Shown here: positions 1 through 9,576 of the stretch, one piece after another
How positions within the stretch are numbered: the first letter of the stretch is position 1
Layout: the number at the start of each line of letters is the position of its first letter
From: a candidate division FCPU426 bacterium
GTDB lineage: Bacteria > Oederibacteriota > PGYV01 > Palsa-1178
DNA: 64,000 nucleotides
Direction of reading: 5' to 3'
NCBI GenBank assembly: GCA_963840035.1
Contig: CAWIXE010000003.1
Span: forward strand, 453,235-517,234
Position numbers and translations under genes: made by a program
Notes under the pieces: model-generated
Databases searched by the model: none
Told to the model about the DNA's origin: nothing
Seen by the model: the letters and a program-made list of their open reading frames with translations, nothing else

Positions 1-22
1 GCCGGTTTCTGTACCGACGGTA

Positions 23-1678
23 TTGGCGGTTGCAGTGACATATACTGCGGCTGTTATAACACCGGTTGCGGCAGTTTTACCGGATACAGTTACTGCAACC
101 GCGGCCCCAGCGGGATTGACTTTGACGGCAGTATCGCCGGTTTCAATTACCGGAACGGTCAGCCCGACGGGATCGACTTTGACGGCAGTATCGCCGGTTT
201 CAATTACCGGAACGGTCAGCCCGACGGGATTGACTTTGACGGCAGTATCGCCGGTTTCAATTACCGGAACGGTCAGCCCGGCGGGATTAACTTTGACGGC
301 GGCATCTCAGGTTCCGATGGTTGCGCCGCCGAGAGAAACCACTCAATCAGCTGACGATTTAAGCCCTTCAAACATTAATTTTGATACCTCCGGTTTAAAC
401 AGCATAAAACTTACCTGGGCACCAAAGTTTAAAGAAAATGTCTACTATAATGTATACAGGTCAGGTGCTGCCGCGGAATACGCAAGGCTAAACGCCGCGG
501 TTTTTGAGAAGCCTGAATATGTGGATTCATCCATCACAAGCGCGACTTCATATTATTATAAGGTGGAAGCCATTGATTTAAGCGGGAACGCCTATTTCTC
601 GGCCACCAGGACTGTCAAGTCGGCGGATATATTCATGCCGAACATGCCGTATGGTTTCAAGGCATATCAGGACATACAGTCAATAATCCTGAAATGGTCC
701 ATGCCAGGCCAGACTACTTATGCTGTATCGGGGTATAATATATACAGGGGAAAGACCTCTGATAAGCAGGATTTCATAAAGTTTATTCCAGCGCAAAAGT
801 CAAACTTCAGTGATGAGGATGTGGAGCCGGCTATCAGGTATTATTATAGCATGGCTACGGCCGATATCAAAGGCAACGAATCAAAAAAGTCGGACATTTC
901 ATCCACAATGGCGTTTCCTCCCCCAAGGACAGGGCTCGTAACAATGACCTCGGGTTACCGTAATAACATTTTTGACAATTACGGCCTCAACGTGGACGCG
1001 GGTTTTACCTATTACATAGGCTCCATAGTCGGGGAGCACCAGCTCGGAGGCAGGAAGGTAAGCGATAATTTCAGCAAGCTCGGATTATGGCTTTTAACTG
1101 TGGACGCCAAGTGGACATTTTTTAACGAATTTGAGACATGGCCTTCGGTCGGGATTGGCGCGTCATGCTCGCTGATACTGAAGGATTCCATAGGCGGCAA
1201 TTCCGATGTGAGGTCAAAATCAACTTCCTTTGCCGTGGGCGATTCGCTCTTAACGGCGCAGGGCCTTTACGTGGCAGCCTCCAAAAAATTAATGTTTGAA
1301 AACACCGTTCACGCCGGATATTCCATGGGCATTAATAAAAGGGGCATTGCGGGGTTCGTGCCTTACCTGGCTTCGTCATTCGTGTCTTCTTCGGAGTCAA
1401 CCAGCGCGGACACTTCGCTTGACTTAAGGAACGCTTATTTTCTGGGATACTCAAGGCCGCTTATTAATAAAATGGGGCTTAAAGTAGAGTATGTGGTCCC
1501 GGTGGACGTAAACGGGTCAATAAATAAAAATCCAGTAATGCCGGACACCTATGTCATAAATACGCACATAGACAGGCTCATTAATTTTGATATCGGCTAC
1601 ATACACTACCGGGGAGGATACGCGTGGGTGGGTTATATAAACCTAAGGTTTACGGTATACCCGAGCCCGTATAAATAA
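23..1678 (+). CDS. Surface/outer-membrane protein: Thr/Ser/Pro-rich repeats, two fibronectin-III-like domains, C-terminal probable beta-barrel (probably 5'-truncated by window edge)
   Basis: Fn3-like motifs (LTW...YNVYRS...YVD...YYYKVEA; LKW...GYNIYRG...FSD...YYYSM); amphipathic beta-strand C-terminus; no convincing start or RBS within the window. Confidence 0.65.
   Translation: MAVAVTYTAAVITPVAAVLPDTVTATAAPAGLTLTAVSPVSITGTVSPTGSTLTAVSPVSITGTVSPTGLTLTAVSPVSITGTVSPAGLTLTAASQVPMVAPPRETTQSADDLSPSNINFDTSGLNSIKLTWAPKFKENVYYNVYRSGAAAEYARLNAAVFEKPEYVDSSITSATSYYYKVEAIDLSGNAYFSATRTVKSADIFMPNMPYGFKAYQDIQSIILKWSMPGQTTYAVSGYNIYRGKTSDKQDFIKFIPAQKSNFSDEDVEPAIRYYYSMATADIKGNESKKSDISSTMAFPPPRTGLVTMTSGYRNNIFDNYGLNVDAGFTYYIGSIVGEHQLGGRKVSDNFSKLGLWLLTVDAKWTFFNEFETWPSVGIGASCSLILKDSIGGNSDVRSKSTSFAVGDSLLTAQGLYVAASKKLMFENTVHAGYSMGINKRGIAGFVPYLASSFVSSSESTSADTSLDLRNAYFLGYSRPLINKMGLKVEYVVPVDVNGSINKNPVMPDTYVINTHIDRLINFDIGYIHYRGGYAWVGYINLRFTVYPSPYK
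111..300 (+). repeat. Intragenic 57-bp tandem repeat (about 3.3 copies; 19-aa unit GLTLTAVSPVSITGTVSPT)
   Basis: Units start at 111, 168, 225, 282 and are nearly identical. Confidence 0.95.
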
Positions 1679-1680
1679 CG

Positions 1681-1770
1681 ATTTTCAATTTTCTATTTTA
1701 AATTTTCAATTTAGGAAAATAAGCCCGGATCTGCCGTTGAATTTAATTGAAAATTTAGAATTGAAAATTG
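1681..1770. repeat. Heptamer-periodic inverted repeat (ATTTTCA)n...(TGAAAAT)n
   Basis: attttca attttct attttaa attttca ... aattga aaattta gaattga aaattg. Confidence 0.8.
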
Positions 1771-1785
1771 CATTAAGGAGTTTTT

Positions 1786-2547
1786 ATGCACTGCCCTCAC
1801 TGCGGAGCTTCCATAGAGAATAACGCCGATATATGCCCTTTATGCGGGACAAGCATAGATAAGGATTCTGTTTTCACGGGGTTCATGCGCAAAGGCGACG
1901 AATTTTTCAGCAACTCTGATTATGATAAAGCGCTTGTTTACTATAATAAAGCCCTCGAAGCCGCGAAGCCAACCTCGCCTGAGATTTACATTAAACTCGG
2001 AAACACCCTTGATAAAAAAAATGACAGGCAGGCCGCGGGCATGTACTTGAAGGCGCTTTCCTTTGATTTCTACAACGAGCACATCCACACGCTGCTTATG
2101 GCTTTTTATGACAAATACAACAGGCTGAAGGATTTAAAAGCGTGGTACGACAAGAGCCGGGCAAGCGCAGACGGCGTTTTTATAGATAAGAAAATCGAGA
2201 CCATAAACAGCATAGTGTCGTTCAAGGAAAAATCTGCCGAAGTATTCGCGCAGCAGGCATCTGAATTTAAGGACGCAAAATCCCGAAGGTTCGCAAACTC
2301 CATGATAAACGGATTTAAGCAGTACATGATGATGAATGTCATTATGGGGATAATACTCCTGGTAATCGGCATAGGCGGTATCGCGGCGGTATATTTCGGA
2401 GCCAATGTCATGATGGTGTTTGCCGCGGCGGGTGTGTTCTTTGTCATAAGCCTGGGCGTGGTGATGTTTATCCGCACAAAAAAAATGAATGACAAGAAGG
2501 CTTCAGCCGGAAAAATGGAAGATATAATGAAGGACTTTAAGAAATAA
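1786..2547 (+). CDS. Zinc-ribbon + TPR membrane protein
   Basis: CPHCG...CPLCG at N-terminus, TPR-like helices, two C-terminal hydrophobic segments; RBS aaggag. Confidence 0.75.
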   Translation: MHCPHCGASIENNADICPLCGTSIDKDSVFTGFMRKGDEFFSNSDYDKALVYYNKALEAAKPTSPEIYIKLGNTLDKKNDRQAAGMYLKALSFDFYNEHIHTLLMAFYDKYNRLKDLKAWYDKSRASADGVFIDKKIETINSIVSFKEKSAEVFAQQASEFKDAKSRRFANSMINGFKQYMMMNVIMGIILLVIGIGGIAAVYFGANVMMVFAAAGVFFVISLGVVMFIRTKKMNDKKASAGKMEDIMKDFKK

Positions 2548-2553
2548 ACCGGT

Positions 2554-3066
2554 TTACTTTGCCGGCGATTTTATTATCTTTTCCGCTTTTACGGCCTCTT
2601 TAGCCACCGGAATCCTGAAAATAAACTTAGAATAAGCTTTTACAACCGGGTAAGTAAGCGATTTTTTCAGGTCTTTTTTAAAGTTAAAGAGATTCTTTTC
2701 GCCCAAGAAGTTAAAGGTCAGGTATACCGGCACAAGCAGAAGGGTAATAAGGAGTATTGAGCCGAGTATCCTGTCTATGAAAGCCAGAGACATGAATTCA
2801 AAGAAGTGCGTTATAGCCACCCCGACAAATACAATCAGCGAACTTGCAAGTATGAAAATGATAAGGTAAGAAAACAGCACGGACCTGGAAGGGTCGCTGA
2901 CATGCGGCGCCAAAAGTTTCGCCAGCCAGACATGGCCGAAATTAGCCGTTACTATACCCGCCAAAAAGGCGATGGGGATAATTATCATGAATATGCCGCG
3001 CAGTTTCCAGCCGATGAAGAAACCCAATAGGACTGTTACCAGTATGATTATGTCTATGTAATTCAT
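2554..3066 (-). CDS. cvpA: CvpA (colicin V production) family membrane protein
   Basis: MNYIDIIIL...G.RG start, 'IDRILG' motif, about 4 TM helices; lies next to the pur genes. Confidence 0.8.
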   Translation of the reverse strand: MNYIDIIILVTVLLGFFIGWKLRGIFMIIIPIAFLAGIVTANFGHVWLAKLLAPHVSDPSRSVLFSYLIIFILASSLIVFVGVAITHFFEFMSLAFIDRILGSILLITLLLVPVYLTFNFLGEKNLFNFKKDLKKSLTYPVVKAYSKFIFRIPVAKEAVKAEKIIKSPAK

Positions 3067-3188
3067 GACGCCTCCTGATTAAGTTTTCTAATATTAACAT
3101 ATATATTAATGAAGGTCAATAAAAGTCGATTTTATGTCTATCCATGAAAACCCGGGGTTCTGTGGCGTATAAGTTCCTTAAAAATTCC

Positions 3189-3216
3189 TTGCAAAACCTT
3201 GCCTTTGCTATATAAT
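3189..3216 (+). promoter_or_regulatory. Putative sigma70 promoter of the pur operon
   Basis: TTGCAA-16 nt-TATAAT upstream of purS. Confidence 0.55.
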
Positions 3217-3254
3217 AGTGTGGTAATTTTCAACATCACACCGAGGTGAACGCA

Positions 3255-3494
3255 ATGGCAAAAGTCAGGATACACGTCACTTTAAAGGACGGAGTTTTAG
3301 ACCCCCAGGGCAAGACTGTACAGGCTGCCCTTGATAAGATGGGTTATAAGAACGTGGAGAGCGTAAGGATAGGCAAGTATATAGAAGTGGAAACAAGCGG
3401 CGACTCCAAGAACCTAAAGAAAGAAATAGACGAAATTTGCGACAAACTGCTGGCAAACCCGAACATTGAGAAGTACAGCTTTACGATTGAATAG
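3255..3494 (+). CDS. purS: Phosphoribosylformylglycinamidine synthase subunit PurS
   Basis: LKDGVLDPQGK...VRIGKYIE...LLANPNIEKY; RBS gaggtg. Confidence 0.95.
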   Translation: MAKVRIHVTLKDGVLDPQGKTVQAALDKMGYKNVESVRIGKYIEVETSGDSKNLKKEIDEICDKLLANPNIEKYSFTIE

Positions 3495-3504
3495 GATATA
3501 AAGC

Positions 3505-3572
3505 AGAGCCCAAAGCCCAGAGCTCAAGGGAAAATAGTCAGGACTTGGGCTATGGGCTTTGAGCTTTGGGCT
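3505..3572. repeat. Heptamer-periodic inverted repeat (ARAGCYC family)
   Basis: agagccc aaagccc agagctc ... ttgggct atgggct ttgagct ttgggct; related copies at 22654 and 35711. Confidence 0.9.
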
Positions 3573-3643
3573 AAGACCGCCAAACGGTCGGATAAGCACA
3601 ACGAAAGATGGCTGCTAACTAAGCGTGAACAGGAGCAAAACAA

Positions 3644-4348
3644 ATGATAAAATTCGGAGTTGTTGTTTTTCCCGGATCAAACTGTGATAAGGATTGCCTC
3701 TGGGCGTCAAAGGACATATCGGGGCAGAAGGCTGATTTTATCTGGCACGAGTCAAAAAATCTTTCCAAATACGACGTTATAATACTTCCGGGCGGGTTTT
3801 CATACGGCGATTACCTGCGTTCGGGCGCCATTGCCAGGTTCTCAAAGGTCATGGATTCCGTGCAGAAATTCGCGGCTAAAAAAAATAAGATGGTAGTCGG
3901 CATATGCAACGGCTTCCAGATACTCCTGGAAGCGGGGCTTTTACCCGGCGCCATGCTGCACAACAAGAACCTGAAATTCATCTGCAAATACGTAAATCTG
4001 TCGGTGGACAACAATTCAACGGCTTTTACAAATAACTGCGCCAAGGGCCAGGTTTTGCGCATACCGATTGCTCACGGCGAAGGAAATTATTTCTGCGACG
4101 AAAAAACGCTCAACTCATTAATTGAAAATGACCAGGTGGTTTTTAGGTACTGCGACGAGAAGGGCGCGATAAACGACGAGGCCAACCCCAACGGAGCCAT
4201 ATACAATATAGCAGGCATAATGAACAAACGGGGAAATGTCATGGGCATGATGCCCCACCCGGAACGCGCCATGACAAAACAACTGGGATCCACGGATGGT
4301 AATTTTATTTTTAAGTCGATAATAAACCATGCTAAAAAGTGCCTATAA
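3644..4348 (+). CDS. purQ: FGAM synthase glutaminase subunit PurQ
   Basis: [32 protein letters not shown]. Confidence 0.97.
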   Translation: MIKFGVVVFPGSNCDKDCLWASKDISGQKADFIWHESKNLSKYDVIILPGGFSYGDYLRSGAIARFSKVMDSVQKFAAKKNKMVVGICNGFQILLEAGLLPGAMLHNKNLKFICKYVNLSVDNNSTAFTNNCAKGQVLRIPIAHGEGNYFCDEKTLNSLIENDQVVFRYCDEKGAINDEANPNGAIYNIAGIMNKRGNVMGMMPHPERAMTKQLGSTDGNFIFKSIINHAKKCL

Positions 4349-4357
4349 GGAGCTGAC

Positions 4358-6631
4358 ATGTCAAAATACAACAAGGCAAACGACCTCGAGATAACGCCCG
4401 AGATCATCAAGGAACACGGCTTTAAGCCGGACGAATATCAGAACATTTTAACCATCCTCGGAAGGAAGCCTACTTACGTTGAAATAGGCATATTTTCCGC
4501 CATGTGGTCTGAACACTGCAGCTATAAGCACTCAAAGACAACCCTGAAAAAATTCCCTCATAAGGGCAAGTATGTCATACAGGGGCCGGGGGAGAATGCC
4601 GGTATTATCGATACCAACTCGGACCTGGGCGTGGCTTTCAAAATAGAATCGCACAACCATCCTTCGGCAGTTGAGCCCTTTCAGGGCGCGGCCACCGGAG
4701 TGGGCGGCATATTAAGGGATATTTTTACCATGGGCGCGAGGCCTGTGGCGTCATGCGATTCGCTTAGGTTCGGAAGCCTTGATTCTGCCAACACACACAG
4801 GCTGCTGCCGGGAGTTGTAGCGGGCATAGCTTTTTATGGCAACTGTATCGGAGTCCCGACAATAGCCGGGGAAACGGTCTTTGAGGATTCATATGAGGAA
4901 AACTGCCTTGTAAACGCCATGACCATAGGTATAGTGGAAAAGAAAAAAATTATAAAAGCTAAAGCTTCGGGGCTCGGCAATTCGGTAATGTATATAGGGG
5001 CGGCCACCGGACGCGACGGCATACACGGCGCCACGTTCGCCTCGGCGGAATTATCCGAGGAGACAGCGCAGAACAGGTCCTCGGTCCAGGTAGCGGACCC
5101 TTTCATGGAAAAACTCCTGCTTGAAGCCACACTCGAGCTCATAGACGCGAAAATAATGGTGGGCATACAGGACATGGGAGCGGCCGGGCTTACTTCATCC
5201 TCCACGGAAATGGCATACAGGGGCGGCGTTGGCATTGAACTGAATATGGACATGATACCAAAGCGCGAAAAAGGCATGAATGCCTACGAGATAATGCTTT
5301 CCGAGTCGCAGGAGAGGATGCTGCTAGTTTCCAAAAAGGGCAAGGAAAAACAGGTGGAGAGGATCCTTAATAAATGGGGGCTTCACGCGGTAGTCATAGG
5401 CAAAGTAATAAAAAAACCGAATGTCGTGGTCATAGAAAAAGGCAAGGTCGTGGCGGATATTCCAGTCATGCCACTGACCGACTCGGACCATCCGCTCTTC
5501 CCGCTTAAAAAACAGAAGGGCATTAAGCCCGCTTATTTAAAGGATAGCAACATAAAGCCCGGGGAAATCAGCATACCTGATGATATGGAAGCCGTTTTAA
5601 AAACCCTTATGGCATGCCCTAACATAGCTTCAAAGTCAAACATATGGGAGCAATACGACCACATGGTCCAGACAAATACCGCGACCCTTCCGGGTTCTGA
5701 CGCGGGATTAATTGATGTTAAGGACAAGGACTTCATGATAGCCACATCCACCGACTGCAACGGAAGGTATGTTTACCTTGACCCGTTTAAAGGCGGGCAG
5801 ATAGCGATAGCGGAATCCGCGAGGAATGTTTCCTGTGCGGGCGCCGAGCCGGTCGCATTTACCAACTGCCTTAACTTCGGAAACCCCGAGGATCCGGAAA
5901 TATTCTGGCAGTTTGAAAAGGCCGTGGAAGGCATGTCGGCCGCCGCCACTGTTTTAAAGACGCCGGTAATATCCGGCAACGTATCTTTTTACAATGAAGG
6001 AAAGAAAGGCGCCATATACCCGACCCCGGTCGTAGGCATGGTGGGATACATAACAGGAAAAGAAAAAAGGTACGCGAAGCAGTATTTTAAGGATAACAAC
6101 GATGTAATACTTATGCTGGGCCAGTCAAAGGACGAGATAGGCGCCTCAGAATACCTTAAGGTAATTCATGGCGTAATAAAAGGGCCGGTTCCGGATATAG
6201 ACATGAAGAATGAGGCTGCAGTGCAGAAAGCCTGCAGGCAGGGAATCAAAAAAGGCTTTGTCAAATCCGCGCACGACACTTCAAAAGGCGGACTTGCCGT
6301 AGCCCTGGCAGAGTGCTGCATCACAGCCACGCTGCACGGCGAAAAGCCAATCGGCGCTTATATTGAGCTTCAGTCGGATATGCGCCTTGATTCGGTGCTT
6401 TTCGGGGAGACGCAGTCAAGGATCATAGTGACGGTCGCGAAGGAAAACGTGGCGGCCATGAAAAAGATAGCGGGGAAGAACAAAGTGGTTATTTCCGAGC
6501 TGGGAAAGGTCGGAGGCAACAGGCTTATAATAGATGTCGACTGGGCCTCAAAGAAAAACTCGAAAAAGATAAACATACAGCTTGAAGAACTTTTGAAACT
6601 CTGGAGCAACGGGGTAAACAAATATGTTTAA
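4358..6631 (+). CDS. purL: FGAM synthase subunit PurL
   Basis: MWSEHCSYK, KIESHNHPS, QDMGAAGL, SESQERM. Confidence 0.97.
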   Translation: MSKYNKANDLEITPEIIKEHGFKPDEYQNILTILGRKPTYVEIGIFSAMWSEHCSYKHSKTTLKKFPHKGKYVIQGPGENAGIIDTNSDLGVAFKIESHNHPSAVEPFQGAATGVGGILRDIFTMGARPVASCDSLRFGSLDSANTHRLLPGVVAGIAFYGNCIGVPTIAGETVFEDSYEENCLVNAMTIGIVEKKKIIKAKASGLGNSVMYIGAATGRDGIHGATFASAELSEETAQNRSSVQVADPFMEKLLLEATLELIDAKIMVGIQDMGAAGLTSSSTEMAYRGGVGIELNMDMIPKREKGMNAYEIMLSESQERMLLVSKKGKEKQVERILNKWGLHAVVIGKVIKKPNVVVIEKGKVVADIPVMPLTDSDHPLFPLKKQKGIKPAYLKDSNIKPGEISIPDDMEAVLKTLMACPNIASKSNIWEQYDHMVQTNTATLPGSDAGLIDVKDKDFMIATSTDCNGRYVYLDPFKGGQIAIAESARNVSCAGAEPVAFTNCLNFGNPEDPEIFWQFEKAVEGMSAAATVLKTPVISGNVSFYNEGKKGAIYPTPVVGMVGYITGKEKRYAKQYFKDNNDVILMLGQSKDEIGASEYLKVIHGVIKGPVPDIDMKNEAAVQKACRQGIKKGFVKSAHDTSKGGLAVALAECCITATLHGEKPIGAYIELQSDMRLDSVLFGETQSRIIVTVAKENVAAMKKIAGKNKVVISELGKVGGNRLIIDVDWASKKNSKKINIQLEELLKLWSNGVNKYV

Positions 6632-8057
6632 TCGTGAAGACAAGATAAAGGAAGCCTGCGGCGTATTCGGCATATTCGGACACCCGGAAGCATCAACCAT
6701 GACATACCTGGGGCTGTACGCGTCCGAGCACAGGGGACAGGAAAGCGCCGGCATAGTTACCGTGGATGAAGGCGGCAGGATGTATGACAGGGTGGAGATG
6801 GGAGTTGTCGCCGATATTTTTGACGAGAAGCAGCTTGTGAAGCTTGAAGGCAACAGGGCCATAGGGCATGTGCGTTACTCAACGACCGGCTCTTCAAACC
6901 TGCAGAACGCCCAGCCTGTGCGCGTTAATTACATAAACGGCGACTTGGCTGTGGCGCATAACGGAAACCTGGTCAATGCCGACGAGATTAAAAGGGAACT
7001 TGAAGTACGCGGGTCCATATTCAAGTCCACCATAGACAGCGAAGTGCTCGTGCACCTGATAGCCATGTATAATAACATGCCCTTCCTGGAAGCCGTAAAA
7101 GAATCCTTGAGGAAGTTAAAAGGGGCGTTTTCATTTATGATAATGAACAAGGACTATGTCATAGCAGCCCGCGACCCCAACGGATTCAGGCCGCTTGAAA
7201 TCGGTAAAATTGACGGGGCTTATGTTTTTGCCTCTGAGACATGCGCTTTTGACCTTATAAACGCCGAGCATGTCGGCACAGTGGAACCCGGCGAGATGGT
7301 GGTGCTTTCAAAAGACCCGTTAACCGGCGGGGTAAAGATGGAAAACATGAAATACGCGGAGCGCTTAAGGAGCGCGATGTGCGTTTTTGAATTCATATAT
7401 TTTGCCAGGCCGGACAGCTACATATTCGGCAGGACAGTAAATGAAATAAGGCGCGGGCTCGGAAAACAGCTGGCGCTTGAATCACACGCTGACGCTGACG
7501 TTGTAATCCCTGTGCCGGATTCGGGCGTTTCAGCCGCGATAGGCTACGCTGAAGGCTCCGGAATAAAGTACGATATGGGGCTTATCAGGAACCATTATAT
7601 AGGAAGGACCTTTATAGAACCGTCGCAGTCCATCAGGGACTTCGGGGTAAAGATTAAGCTAAACCCGGTAAAAGAAATTATAAAAGGCAAAAGGGTGGTC
7701 GTGGTGGATGACTCCATAGTCCGCGGCACCACAAGCAGGAAGATAATAAAGATGATAAGGAACGCCGGCGCCAAGGAAATCCACTACAGGATTTCGTCGC
7801 CGCCAATATTTAACCCCTGTTTCTACGGTATGGACTTCCCCACAAAGGCCGAGCTTATAGCAAACAGCCACTCGGTTGAGGAGATAAAAAAGTACCTCCG
7901 CGTGGATACCTTCGCGTACCTTTCTATGGAAGGGCTGGTAAAAGCGGTAGGCGGAAGGAAAGACAAGTACTGTATGGCCTGCTTTGACGGGGACTATCCG
8001 GTGGATTTTAAGGAAGGCCAGAGCAAACTGCAGTTTGAACCGGGCGGGAAATGCTGA
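6624..8057 (+). CDS. purF: Amidophosphoribosyltransferase
   Basis: Propeptide then CGVFG; HRGQESAG; GHVRYST; VDDSIVRGTT; Fe-S cysteines. Confidence 0.97.
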   Translation: MFNREDKIKEACGVFGIFGHPEASTMTYLGLYASEHRGQESAGIVTVDEGGRMYDRVEMGVVADIFDEKQLVKLEGNRAIGHVRYSTTGSSNLQNAQPVRVNYINGDLAVAHNGNLVNADEIKRELEVRGSIFKSTIDSEVLVHLIAMYNNMPFLEAVKESLRKLKGAFSFMIMNKDYVIAARDPNGFRPLEIGKIDGAYVFASETCAFDLINAEHVGTVEPGEMVVLSKDPLTGGVKMENMKYAERLRSAMCVFEFIYFARPDSYIFGRTVNEIRRGLGKQLALESHADADVVIPVPDSGVSAAIGYAEGSGIKYDMGLIRNHYIGRTFIEPSQSIRDFGVKIKLNPVKEIIKGKRVVVVDDSIVRGTTSRKIIKMIRNAGAKEIHYRISSPPIFNPCFYGMDFPTKAELIANSHSVEEIKKYLRVDTFAYLSMEGLVKAVGGRKDKYCMACFDGDYPVDFKEGQSKLQFEPGGKC

Positions 8058-8076
8058 GGTAAATATACAATATACC

Positions 8077-8121
8077 GGGCGGCTGAATCCTTAGAAAACA
8101 GGATGCAGCCGCCCTTTTTTT
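8077..8121 (+). terminator. Rho-independent terminator after purF
   Basis: gggcggctg...cagccgccc followed by a T-run. Confidence 0.8.
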
Positions 8122-8138
8122 ATTATTTGGTATGTCTT

Positions 8139-8230
8139 TCCTTAACCCTTATACTTATCCTTAACCTTAGCATTTGGAATTTGCTTAGGTCTAAAGGCTA
8201 AGGATAAGTATTAAGGGTAAGGGTTAAGGG
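8139..8230. repeat. Hexamer-periodic inverted repeat (NNCTTA)n...(TAAGNN)n
   Basis: ccttaa ccctta tactta tcctta acctta ... taagga taagta ttaaggg taaggg ttaaggg. Confidence 0.75.
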
Positions 8231-8364
8231 GCGGCATAACACCCCATGTCCTATAGGAATGATAGCCTTTCAATCGATATACTACCAAATCGCTAACAAT
8301 TTACACAAGCGTATTATATTGCTATACTTTTATCAAAGAACGAAATACACAGCGAGGTGCGATA

Positions 8365-9363
8365 ATGAAAAAAATACTTGTTATTTTTTTAACCCTTTTT
8401 TCCTTCAGCCTTATTTCCGCCATGGATACCAGGCCGTATAAGAAATTTTACTCTGTCCAGGCAGCCACTTTCTTTAAAAAGGACTGTAAAAAAGCGCATG
8501 ACCTCTACATAAAGCTCAAGGATAAGGGAATGATGGTTTATTACATAAAGGATAAGGAAGGCAGGCGCGACTGCGTAAGAATCAGGCTGGGCGTTTACGG
8601 GTCTGAGGAAGAGGCAAAAGCTGCGGCTGTTGCTTTTAAAGGAAGCGAAAAGATGAGCCCGGAAATAGTCACAACTTCCGGCATCACGATAACGGACCAT
8701 AAAGGCCGGTTTGACATTATTAACACCCCGAGCGGAATATGGCTCTATGATTATAAGAACTTCAGGGAAATTAAGAATTTTGGCGCGGATTTTCACTGTG
8801 AGACTTTAACCGCTGAAAACCCGGTTGCGGTCTCGCCGGACGGCAAAAAAATAGTCTACTTGTTTGACGGAAAAATAAATAAGATAAACCTTAAGACAGG
8901 CAGGGAAACCGATATTGTAAAGCCGTCCGGTATGAAAATGAAGCTGGAGCGTTCGTCTCCCAAATGGTCGCCTGACGGGGAATACATAGCGTTCCTTGAT
9001 TCAATGAATACTAAGGCTGGGACGTGCCTTAGGGTCGTGAAGGAAGACGGAACCGGTGAACGCTGCGTTATTGACAATTCCGGCAAGAGCAGGGCTGTTA
9101 TGTCATTTGAATGGGCAGGCAGGAAAAACAGGCTCGTTTACGTCGAAGGCGAATCAACCATGAGGGTGCCCATAGGCGGGGAACTTTATGTGACGGGCCT
9201 GGACGGAAGGTCAAAGCTCCTTATCCGGCCGGAAAAAGGCTCGGTGGTATACCACGATTTTGAAATAGACGGAAGAAAAGCCATTTACACGGTTGCTTCA
9301 TTTAAGAAAAGAGGGCATGAAGCATATGACCTTGGACCGGAGCAGTCCGTCGATATAAACTGA
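8365..9363 (+). CDS. Secreted SPOR-domain + TolB-like (PD40) protein
   Basis: Signal peptide; YSVQAATF...VRIRLGVYGSEEEA (SPOR-like); SPDGKKIVY and WSPDGEYIAF repeats. Confidence 0.75.
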   Translation: MKKILVIFLTLFSFSLISAMDTRPYKKFYSVQAATFFKKDCKKAHDLYIKLKDKGMMVYYIKDKEGRRDCVRIRLGVYGSEEEAKAAAVAFKGSEKMSPEIVTTSGITITDHKGRFDIINTPSGIWLYDYKNFREIKNFGADFHCETLTAENPVAVSPDGKKIVYLFDGKINKINLKTGRETDIVKPSGMKMKLERSSPKWSPDGEYIAFLDSMNTKAGTCLRVVKEDGTGERCVIDNSGKSRAVMSFEWAGRKNRLVYVEGESTMRVPIGGELYVTGLDGRSKLLIRPEKGSVVYHDFEIDGRKAIYTVASFKKRGHEAYDLGPEQSVDIN

Positions 9364-9381
9364 CAGCAAGGCCAATATGTG

Positions 9382-9408
9382 AAAAGGGCGGCTAAAAGCC
9401 GCCCTTTT
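9382..9408 (+). terminator. Rho-independent terminator
   Basis: aaaagggcggct-aaa-agccgccctttt. Confidence 0.8.
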
Positions 9409-9414
9409 GTATTT

Positions 9415-9430
9415 TTGACGTAAAATTGAC
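9415..9430 (+). promoter_or_regulatory. Candidate KdpE (OmpR-family) binding direct repeat
   Basis: TTGAC-N6-TTGAC (11-bp period) just upstream of kdpF. Confidence 0.4.
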
Positions 9431-9488
9431 TTGCCCCCGGGGTGATCCCGGTGTATATTTCGTTTAAGAAATTTAAAGGAGATGGCCC

Positions 9489-9566
9489 ATGTGGATCATA
9501 ACTTTGGCTGCGTCATTGTTCTTGTTCGTGTACTTAATATTCTCGTTCTTCAACAACAGGGAATAG
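9489..9566 (+). CDS. kdpF: K+-transporting ATPase subunit F (25 aa, absent from the ORF track)
   Basis: MWIITLAASLFLFVYLIFSFFNNRE; single TM helix with 'YL' motif; RBS aaggag; immediately upstream of kdpA. Confidence 0.8.
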   Translation: MWIITLAASLFLFVYLIFSFFNNRE

Positions 9567-9576
9567 GGGGCATAAG

